A stretch of 54,713 nucleotides of DNA from an uncultured Gammaproteobacteria bacterium (lineage in GTDB: Bacteria > Patescibacteriota > Patescibacteriia > Magasanikbacterales > GWA2-37-8): contig CAZXML010000007.1 in NCBI GenBank assembly GCA_964641245.1, positions 1-54,713 of the forward strand, given 5' to 3'. Of the stretch, positions 47,223 to 54,713 are shown piece after piece. Made by a program: the position numbers and the translations under genes. Each line of letters opens with the position of its first letter. The stretch's first letter is position 1. The notes beneath the pieces are model-generated. The model had not been told where the DNA came from, did not search any database, and was given only the letters and a program-made list of their open reading frames with translations.

Positions 47223-48489
47223 CCAAATCGTTTTGATGCTTAAAGAAAAAATAGCCGGTACTATAACGCGTGGCGCGACCGACGCCGAAACGTTACGCAA
47301 TGTTCTCAAAGAAGAATTGCAGTTTTATGTATTAAATTTTATCTGCCATCATCCAGAATACAGTAATTGGATTATGTATGGCGGTTCCGCGCTTCGGATA
47401 TGCCACGAACTAGACCGAATGTCCGTTGATCTGGATTTTGAAGTCGCACATAAAGTCGATGAATCATTTTTGAATGAATTAAAAAATGAAATAGCAGGAT
47501 ATTTCAAAGACACATATGGTTTAGATTCCGAATTACTAACCGTAAAAATAACCACTGATCGTGGATTGCGCCTATGTTTTAACATTGGCGATTTGGTTGG
47601 TATTAATATCCATTCTAAACAAGTAATTGTAAAAATAGACCTTAACCACTTTACTGCCGCCAAAACAACAGTCGAACGTATACCAATTAACCGCAACCAG
47701 TTGTCATTTGTGGTCAAAATATATAACATGTCGTCACTGATGGCCAGTAAAATCGCCGCCATTCTTTTGCGTGGACAGCGCGGCGGCGTCGACGGGATAT
47801 TATATGAAGAAAAAGGCCGCGATATCTACGATCTTTTGTGGTACATGAATAAAAAAATTGTTCCTGATCTTGATTATTTGAAAGCCAAAAATATTGACAT
47901 GACAAATTTACGAGAACTTTTTGACAAACTTACCCTGAAAATGAACAGGGTAGATAATACCAACTTAAAAAACGACCTGTCTCCTTTGTTTGTTGACCAA
48001 ACTTTTATTGGAAATTGGCTTAAAAACTGGCTGGAGAGTTACATGCGCTTACGCGGAGAATACAAAATATATACGGTAACCGCGCTTAAAAATATCCATG
48101 TTTTTGAGGACATCAGAGAAAGTTTTACTTTTACTTTCAATTACAATACGGAAGATGAAAAAATAATAAGAATTTTTTACCAAATCAGCGACTATTGGAT
48201 TGATGTGGACCTGCCAACAGGAATAGATCAAACGATTGATAATCTGATTGAATTTACTAATAATGGCGTTAGTAGTAGATCCGCTCCAAAAGACAAGCTG
48301 AAACAGTTTGTTTCTCTTTTCAAACAAAAAAATGAAGACTACTTTAGAAAAACAGGCGGGATACTACTCGGCGATATCATTTCAACTAAATTTATAAGAA
48401 TGACTGCGGATAAACTAAACCAGGCAGAGCAAATTGTGCTTGATAAATCAACGCTCCTTTCGTGTGAATTAGAGGACCTATTAAAATAA
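47209..48489 (+). CDS. AbiEii/AbiGii nucleotidyltransferase toxin with C-terminal extension
   Basis: MYGGSALRICHELDRMSVDLDF, MASKIAAIL.R, KGRDIYDLLWY. Confidence 0.9.
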   Translation: MSINNQIVLMLKEKIAGTITRGATDAETLRNVLKEELQFYVLNFICHHPEYSNWIMYGGSALRICHELDRMSVDLDFEVAHKVDESFLNELKNEIAGYFKDTYGLDSELLTVKITTDRGLRLCFNIGDLVGINIHSKQVIVKIDLNHFTAAKTTVERIPINRNQLSFVVKIYNMSSLMASKIAAILLRGQRGGVDGILYEEKGRDIYDLLWYMNKKIVPDLDYLKAKNIDMTNLRELFDKLTLKMNRVDNTNLKNDLSPLFVDQTFIGNWLKNWLESYMRLRGEYKIYTVTALKNIHVFEDIRESFTFTFNYNTEDEKIIRIFYQISDYWIDVDLPTGIDQTIDNLIEFTNNGVSSRSAPKDKLKQFVSLFKQKNEDYFRKTGGILLGDIISTKFIRMTADKLNQAEQIVLDKSTLLSCELEDLLK

Positions 48490-48490
48490 A

Positions 48491-48988
48491 TTACTTCAAT
48501 TGCTTAATCCACAAACTTTGCCCCGCGCACAACGCCACAGCCAACGCGTCGGCGGCGTCGTCGGATTTTATTTTTTCTTTTAGGCCTAAAACAATGGCCA
48601 CCATTTTCTGCATCTGGCCTTTTTCGGCCCGGCCATAACCGGTGATGGCCTGTTTTACCTGCAACGGAGTAAATTCGTCTATGGGCAATTTATTTTCCAC
48701 GCCGGTAAGCAAAATTACTCCGCGCGCCTGCCCTACTTCTATAGCCGTTTTTACGTTTGAAAAGAAAAATAATTCTTCCACAGCCATACGTGTGGGTTTG
48801 TGGTTTTTTATTATCTGCACCAATTCTTCATGAATCTGAGAAATTCTTTCCACAAAAGATTTTTTGGCCGAAGTTTCTATGCAACCAAAATCAACCTTCC
48901 TCCACTCGCCTTTTGCATCTTTTTTTATTATTCCATAGCCGACCCTGCCAAAACCCGGGTCTATGCCAAGAATTATTTCTTCTTTCAT
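48491..48988 (-). CDS. ruvC: Holliday junction resolvase RuvC
   Basis: ILGIDPG, AVEELFF, GQARGV, TPLQVK, DDAADALAVA. Confidence 0.97.
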   Translation of the reverse strand: MKEEIILGIDPGFGRVGYGIIKKDAKGEWRKVDFGCIETSAKKSFVERISQIHEELVQIIKNHKPTRMAVEELFFFSNVKTAIEVGQARGVILLTGVENKLPIDEFTPLQVKQAITGYGRAEKGQMQKMVAIVLGLKEKIKSDDAADALAVALCAGQSLWIKQLK

Positions 48989-49088
48989 AATTTCTAATAA
49001 TAAAGCTATTTTAGCCTAAAGTTATATTAAAATCAAATAAAAAACTCCCGCATAATGTACACAAATGCGAGAGCGAAAGCCTAGTGCG

Positions 49089-49298
49089 CTAAGGCACAAC
49101 GGGGTCGGAAACTTGTTCCGGATGGTCGCGCTTCCAGAGAAAATTTTCGTAAGCGGCAGCAAGATCTTCTGATGCTTGCTGTAATTGCCTTACTCTTTCA
49201 TACAGCTCAGCTGCGCTTTTTTTATATTCTTCCGAATCAGTGTCGATATGACGATACTTCGTACCATCTTCTCTTGCCACTTCTTTACTGATTTTCAT
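49089..49298 (-). CDS. Small hypothetical protein
   Basis: SD AGGAGG; ATGA overlap with the upstream ORF. Confidence 0.6.
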   Translation of the reverse strand: MKISKEVAREDGTKYRHIDTDSEEYKKSAAELYERVRQLQQASEDLAAAYENFLWKRDHPEQVSDPVVP

Positions 49299-49519
49299 TT
49301 GTTCCTCCTAGATGACTGCAGTTGAGTATCCCTTTCTGTTTCTAATCTTTGAATAAACACCTGGAAGTCGTTTTTCTGCCACTCTTCGCTACCATAAGCA
49401 CAACACTCCATTGTCCCATCCCCGAAATGTATCCTAATTTCTCCCTTAAAAAGCGGCTCAATTCGGACCACAAATTTCCCAGTTAGAAACTCAACCCGTT
49501 TTCTATCCTCGCTCACCAT
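49295..49519 (-). CDS. Small hypothetical protein
   Basis: SD GGAGAGGT; coupled to the next ORF. Confidence 0.55.
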   Translation of the reverse strand: MVSEDRKRVEFLTGKFVVRIEPLFKGEIRIHFGDGTMECCAYGSEEWQKNDFQVFIQRLETERDTQLQSSRRNK

Positions 49520-49567
49520 TTGTCACCTCTCCAATAGAATACATCAAATTTTTTCTAAACACAACCC

Positions 49568-49599
49568 TCCAACCCACCCCTACCCCGCCCAAGCGGGGA
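49568..49599 (-). repeat. G-rich repeat family G, copy 2
   Basis: TCCAACCCACCCCTACCCCGCCCAAGCGGGGA. Confidence 0.8.
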
Positions 49600-49677
49600 A
49601 TACAAAACGCCCCAACTTTAATGTCGGAGCGTCTTGTTATCTGTGTAATCTTCACTGTAAATCAGCGTCATCTATAC

Positions 49678-52600
49678 CTACTGTTTAAACCCGGTACCGG
49701 CCGGAATCAATCTGCCGATAATTACGTTTTCTTTCAAACCTTCCAAGTAGTCAATCTTGCCGGTGATGGCAGTGTTAATCAACACGCGGGCTGTTTCTTG
49801 GAATGAAGCGGCGGATAAGAAACTTTGAGTGGAGAGCGCAATCTTGCTGATGCCCAGGAACATTTCCCGTCCCACAGCCTGCTTACTGCCGTCTTTTTTG
49901 GCCTGTCGGTTAGACACATCCAGCTGGGCTTTTTCTACTATTTCGCCCGGGAGTAAATCGGTGTCGCCGGCGTCTTCCACATAAACACGGCTAAACATTT
50001 GGCGGATAACCAACTCTACGTGTTTATCGTTAACTTTCTGACCTTGGGAAGAATAAATACCCTGAACTTCCTGCAAAATATATCTCTGCACCGCTTCTCT
50101 GCCTTTTAATTCAAACAATTGATGCGGATTGATACTGCCATCGGTTAAGGTATCGCCTTTTTCCACCTTATCTCCGGTCTTGGCCAAAATTTTGTATCCC
50201 AGCGGTACAATGTACTCGCGTACATGAGGACCTTCATAGGTTAAAGTAATGGTGTTCTTTTCAATTTTTATATTGCCGGCGTATTTGGCAATCACTTCTT
50301 CTCCGGATGAACCGCGCACCAAGATTACTTCATCTTGGGAAACTACGGATCCGTCTTTTACCATCACTTCATCTTCTGCTTTGCTCTTTATTTTCATTTC
50401 ATCCATGCCGGAAAAGTGAATGTGGATAATTTCCTGTCCGCGGCGTCCTTCAAAGATTTTTTTGCCGCTTGGAGAAGTAATAATTTTGCCGTCGGCTTTT
50501 TCTATTTCAATTTCACCGGCTACCTCGGCCAACATAGCTTGCTTTTTTGGACTGCGCGCTTCGAATAATTCGTCTACGCGGGGCAAACCTTGGGTGATAT
50601 CGGCGCCACCGGCCACACCACCGGTGTGGAAGGTTCTCATGGTAAGCTGTGTACCCGGTTCACCGATAGATTGCGCGGCAATAATACCGACCGCTACTCC
50701 AAATTCTACCGGCTTGTTCTTGGATAAATCAAAGCCATAACATTTTCGACAAATACCTTTTTGCATTCGGCACTGCAAAATACTGCGCACTTTAACAGAC
50801 TCAGTCTTGAGTTCGTCTATATAACGCGCGGCTTTATCATCAATTACTTCGCCTGCTTTTACAATTACTTTGTTTCCGGCCTTGATAGCGTCTATGGAAT
50901 AACGTCCCCAAATGCGGTCGGATAATTTTTCTCCCATTTCTTTGGATTGAGCGGCGGTAAATACTTCGCCGTTAGTGTCGCCACAATCATCTTCAAACAC
51001 AATTACATCTTGGGCTACGTCTACCAAGCGTCTGGTTAAGTAACCAGCGTTAGCAGTACGTAAAGCCGTATCGGTTAAACCTTTTCTGGTACCGTGAGAA
51101 GAAATAAAGAATTCCAACACATCAAAACCTTCTTTAAAGTTTCCTTTTACCGGCAATTCAATGGTGTCGCCCGAAGGTGATGCCACTAAACCTTTCATAC
51201 CGATAACCTGACCCAACTGGCCCCAACTACCGCGGGCGCCGGAATCAATCATAGCGAATACCGGACCGTCTTTGCGCAATGTTTGTTGGTTGTTGGCCAC
51301 GATTCTGTCTTTGGTGTCTGCCCAAATTTCCAAAATTTTAACATGGCGTTCGGAATGAGTCAGCAAACCTTCTTGGTATTGTTCTTCTACCAGAGCGACC
51401 ATTTTATCGGAATCGGCCAGCATCTGTGGTTTTTCCATAATAGCCGGGAAGTCATCCATTCCCAGGGAATATCCGGATTTGGTAACATAACGATAGCCCA
51501 AGTTCTTTAATTCATCCAGGAAGAAAGCAACCTGTTGTTGGTCATCGCCGGATAATTCCAAACACAAGCGGATAATATTGCCCAGTTTTTTTACGGTTAT
51601 CATTTCGTTGAAAAACGGTAGCAATGGGGGCAAAATTTTATTGAACAATATTCTGCCTACCGAAGTTTCGATTAAAGGATTGGTGCCTTCCGGGAAACGG
51701 CTCATATCCGTCAAGCGGACTTTTACTCTGTCTTGCAAAGTAATAATGCGGGAGCGATAAGCAAAAATCGCCTGTTGTTCAGAACTAAAATATTTTTTTA
51801 CTTCGGCAGTGTCGCCGGTTTCGTATCTGGTTAAGTAATAACAACCCAAAGCAATATCTTGTTTAGGAGTAATTACCGGACTGCCGGTGGCCGGTTTTAA
51901 AATATTTTTTTCCGCGGCCATTAAGTTGTCGGCTTCCCAGCGAGCTTCGGCGGTAAGCGGTAAGTGAACGGCCATCTGGTCACCGTCAAAGTCGGCGTTG
52001 AAAGCGGTACAAACTAACGGGTGCAGTTGGATGGCTTTACCTTCGATTAAACGGGGGTGGAAAGCCTGAATACCCAAGCGGTGCAAAGTCGGAGCGCGGT
52101 TAAGGAGCACGCGGGTTTTCTTGGTTAGTTCCTCCAAAATATCCCAAACCTCGTCGTGTTCCGCTTCTATATAACGGGAAGCACTGCGAACATTGTGCGC
52201 CAATTCACGTTTAATAATTTCACTCATGATAAATGGTTTGAATAATTCCAAAGCCATTCTTTTTGGCAAACCACATTCGTCAATATTTAAATTCGGACCA
52301 ACCACGATTACCGAACGGCCGGAATAGTCTACGCGCTTGCCCAATAAGTTCTGGCGGAAACGACCCTGTTTGCCTTTTAAGATGTCGGCCAAGGATCGCA
52401 ATTGTCTTTTTTGTCCGGTGGAAGCGGTAACAGTTTTGGCGTGGCGGGCATTGTTATCAATTAACGCGTCTACGGCTTCCTGCAACATGCGTTTTTCATT
52501 GCGGCAAATAACTTCCGGGGCATCTAATTCCAAAAGCCGGCGTAGGCGGTTGTTGCGGTTAATAACACGGCGGTATAAATCATTTAAATCCGAAGTGGCA

Positions 52601-53556
52601 AAACGGCCGCCGTCCAAGGCAACCATTGGGCGCAAATCCGGAGGAATAACCGGGATGTTTTGCAGAACCATCCATTCCGGACGAATTTTGTTGGAAAAAA
52701 AGCTCTTTAAAACTTTTTTGCGGCGGATAATGCGTTCCAATTTGGAACCCTTAACCTTTGGCTGTTCTTCTTCCAATTTTTTAATAGTTTCGTCCAGATT
52801 GATGCGGGCCAATAAATTTCTGATGCCGTCCGCGCCGATAGCCGCTTCAAATAAGTGACCATAACGCAAAGATAATTCCTGATATTTATTCTCGGAAATA
52901 ATTTTCATCACCTGAATTTCTTTTAACTCTTTGTCGGCTTGCTGGAAGTCTTCATCCAAAGAAACGGTTTTTCTTTCCGATTCCTGTTGGATTTTTTCTA
53001 AAAATTCGGCGCCCAATTTTTTGTCATTGGCGCTTTTTATTTGATCGCCAGTTTCTTTCTCAATTTGTTTTTTCTTGGTTTTATATTCCTGGCGCAACAT
53101 GTCGGCGGTTTTTTTCTTTTCTTCTTCGTTGACGTGAGTAATAACAAAAGAAGCGAAGTAAACAACTTTTTCCAAAGATTGAGCGGACAAATCCAAAACT
53201 AAACCAATCTTGGAAGGCACGGAGCGCAAAAACCAGATGTGCGCCACCGGAGCGGAAAGTTCTATGTGGCCCATGCGTTCGCGGCGAACGGAAGAGTGAG
53301 TAACTTCTACTCCGCACTTGTCGCAAACAATTCCTTTATAACGGATTTTTTTATATTTTCCGCAGAAACATTCCCAATCTTTGGTCGGGCCAAAAATTTC
53401 TTCGGCAAACAAACCGCCTTTTTCCGGTTTTTGCGTGCGGTAATTAATTGTTTCCGGTTTGTGGATTTCGCCGTAAGACCAAGCCTTAATAACTTCCGGA
53501 GAAGCCAGTTTAAGGCGGATGGCGTCAAAATCCATTGGGTGAAGATTATCGGTCAT
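49678..53556 (-). CDS. rpoC: RNA polymerase beta' subunit
   Basis: CFCGKYK..CDKCGVE, NADFDGDQMAVH, QLTMRTFHTGG, GLKENVIIGRLIPAGTG. Confidence 0.99.
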   Translation of the reverse strand: MTDNLHPMDFDAIRLKLASPEVIKAWSYGEIHKPETINYRTQKPEKGGLFAEEIFGPTKDWECFCGKYKKIRYKGIVCDKCGVEVTHSSVRRERMGHIELSAPVAHIWFLRSVPSKIGLVLDLSAQSLEKVVYFASFVITHVNEEEKKKTADMLRQEYKTKKKQIEKETGDQIKSANDKKLGAEFLEKIQQESERKTVSLDEDFQQADKELKEIQVMKIISENKYQELSLRYGHLFEAAIGADGIRNLLARINLDETIKKLEEEQPKVKGSKLERIIRRKKVLKSFFSNKIRPEWMVLQNIPVIPPDLRPMVALDGGRFATSDLNDLYRRVINRNNRLRRLLELDAPEVICRNEKRMLQEAVDALIDNNARHAKTVTASTGQKRQLRSLADILKGKQGRFRQNLLGKRVDYSGRSVIVVGPNLNIDECGLPKRMALELFKPFIMSEIIKRELAHNVRSASRYIEAEHDEVWDILEELTKKTRVLLNRAPTLHRLGIQAFHPRLIEGKAIQLHPLVCTAFNADFDGDQMAVHLPLTAEARWEADNLMAAEKNILKPATGSPVITPKQDIALGCYYLTRYETGDTAEVKKYFSSEQQAIFAYRSRIITLQDRVKVRLTDMSRFPEGTNPLIETSVGRILFNKILPPLLPFFNEMITVKKLGNIIRLCLELSGDDQQQVAFFLDELKNLGYRYVTKSGYSLGMDDFPAIMEKPQMLADSDKMVALVEEQYQEGLLTHSERHVKILEIWADTKDRIVANNQQTLRKDGPVFAMIDSGARGSWGQLGQVIGMKGLVASPSGDTIELPVKGNFKEGFDVLEFFISSHGTRKGLTDTALRTANAGYLTRRLVDVAQDVIVFEDDCGDTNGEVFTAAQSKEMGEKLSDRIWGRYSIDAIKAGNKVIVKAGEVIDDKAARYIDELKTESVKVRSILQCRMQKGICRKCYGFDLSKNKPVEFGVAVGIIAAQSIGEPGTQLTMRTFHTGGVAGGADITQGLPRVDELFEARSPKKQAMLAEVAGEIEIEKADGKIITSPSGKKIFEGRRGQEIIHIHFSGMDEMKIKSKAEDEVMVKDGSVVSQDEVILVRGSSGEEVIAKYAGNIKIEKNTITLTYEGPHVREYIVPLGYKILAKTGDKVEKGDTLTDGSINPHQLFELKGREAVQRYILQEVQGIYSSQGQKVNDKHVELVIRQMFSRVYVEDAGDTDLLPGEIVEKAQLDVSNRQAKKDGSKQAVGREMFLGISKIALSTQSFLSAASFQETARVLINTAITGKIDYLEGLKENVIIGRLIPAGTGFKQ

Positions 53557-53609
53557 ATTATTAAGTGGTAATTAATGATTAAGAAATTTATGATTGGGAA
53601 ATTAATTTC

Positions 53610-54713
53610 TTAATTTCTTAATTTCGTTGTCGCATCAACACTCTCCACACCCGCGTCACGCGCATCTTTCTCTTTCTGTTTTTTGACTTCTTCAGTTGGA
53701 GCATATTCTCCGGATTCTGACCTTTGCAATAACTCCACATCCAAACAGAGACCTTTTAATTCTCTTACCAAAACGTTGAATGATTCCGGCAAGTTTACTT
53801 TGGTGATTGGTTCGCCCTTAATAATAGCTTCGTAAGCTTTGGAGCGTCCCGGGACGTCATCGGATTTAATGGTTAAGATTTCCTGCAAAGTGTGAGCGGC
53901 GCCGTATGCTTCCAGTGCCCAAACTTCCATTTCTCCGAATCTCTGTCCGCCGAATTGCGCTTTACCGCCCAGTGGCTGTTGCGTAATCAAGCTGTAAGGA
54001 CCAATGGATCTCTGGTGAATTTTATCTTCCACCATGTGGTTAAGTTTTAACATGTAGTTGTAGCCGACAGTTACTTTGTGATCGTAAGGTTCACCGGTAC
54101 GGCCGTCAAATAAAGTAACCTGTCCGCTAGTTGGGAAACCGGCTTTTTCCAGTTCCACTTTAATTTGCGCTTCGTTGATACCGTTTAAAACCGGAGTGGC
54201 CACTTTGTAACCCAAAGCATTGGCGGCCAAACCCAAATGAGTTTCCAACAACTGACCCAAGTTCATACGGGAAATAACGCCGAGCGGAGAAAGAATAATA
54301 TCTACCGGAGTGCCATCTTCCAAAAACGGCATGTCTTCGGCTGGAACTACTTTAGAGATAACACCTTTGTTTCCGTGGCGTCCGGCCATTTTGTCGCCTA
54401 CCTGGATTTTTCTTTGGTCGGCTACGCGGATTTGTACTTGTTTAATTACGCCGGGTTGTAATTTGTCGCCATTTTCGGCGGAGAAAACTTTAATGCCGGT
54501 AACACGACCGTGTTCACCGTGTTCTAAATATAAGGAAGAGTCGCGCACGTCGCGGGCTTTTTCTCCAAAGATGGCGCGCAACAATCTTTCTTCAGCGCTT
54601 AATTCGGTTTCACCTTTAGGAGTAATTTTTCCGACTAAAATATCGCCGGATTTTGCTTCCGCGCCAATACGCACAATACCTTCACTGTCTAAGTTTTTTA
54701 ATTTTTCTTCACT
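53610..54713 (-). CDS. rpoB: RNA polymerase beta subunit (3' part; begins beyond the window)
   Basis: [37 protein letters not shown]. Confidence 0.99.
   Translation of the reverse strand, partial: SEEKLKNLDSEGIVRIGAEAKSGDILVGKITPKGETELSAEERLLRAIFGEKARDVRDSSLYLEHGEHGRVTGIKVFSAENGDKLQPGVIKQVQIRVADQRKIQVGDKMAGRHGNKGVISKVVPAEDMPFLEDGTPVDIILSPLGVISRMNLGQLLETHLGLAANALGYKVATPVLNGINEAQIKVELEKAGFPTSGQVTLFDGRTGEPYDHKVTVGYNYMLKLNHMVEDKIHQRSIGPYSLITQQPLGGKAQFGGQRFGEMEVWALEAYGAAHTLQEILTIKSDDVPGRSKAYEAIIKGEPITKVNLPESFNVLVRELKGLCLDVELLQRSESGEYAPTEEVKKQKEKDARDAGVESVDATTKLRN

Overview
Bacterial chromosomal window, most consistent with a Patescibacteria/CPR genome. That assignment is an inference from SD-less AT-rich leaders on core genes, a short ProRS, IleRS type 2 and many small orphans. 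Housekeeping genes: rpoB (partial), rpoC, rpsL-rpsG-fusA, rplA, uvrD/pcrA, tgt, rlmH, trpS, proS, ileS, gatB, ruvA, ruvC, a dTTP-synthesis cluster (dCMP deaminase, NMP kinase, dut, thyA, folA, tmk) led by a degenerate pyruvate kinase, rpiB-rpe-trxB-pfkB, and tRNA-Asn. Main observations: (1) an integron-like locus at 43.0-45.7 kb, with a short tyrosine recombinase lacking the IntI-specific insertion, divergent promoters, an attI-like GTTAGCTG core, a 2-gene cassette bounded by ~70-bp structured inverted repeats, and a 127-bp attC-like site; (2) at least six families of small palindromic elements and 7-9-mer repeats, many inserted in frame in housekeeping genes (uvrD, tgt, thyA, gatB, ileS) or supplying their stop codons; (3) an AbiEi/AbiEii module flanked by a synonymously diverged duplicate of the ruvC 3' end; (4) a 965-aa tandem metallophosphoesterase and other orphans with SD sequences and boxA-like leaders, unlike core genes; (5) a ~470-nt highly structured non-coding region between proS and tRNA-Asn. 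All calls come from reading the sequence by eye; no database searches were run.
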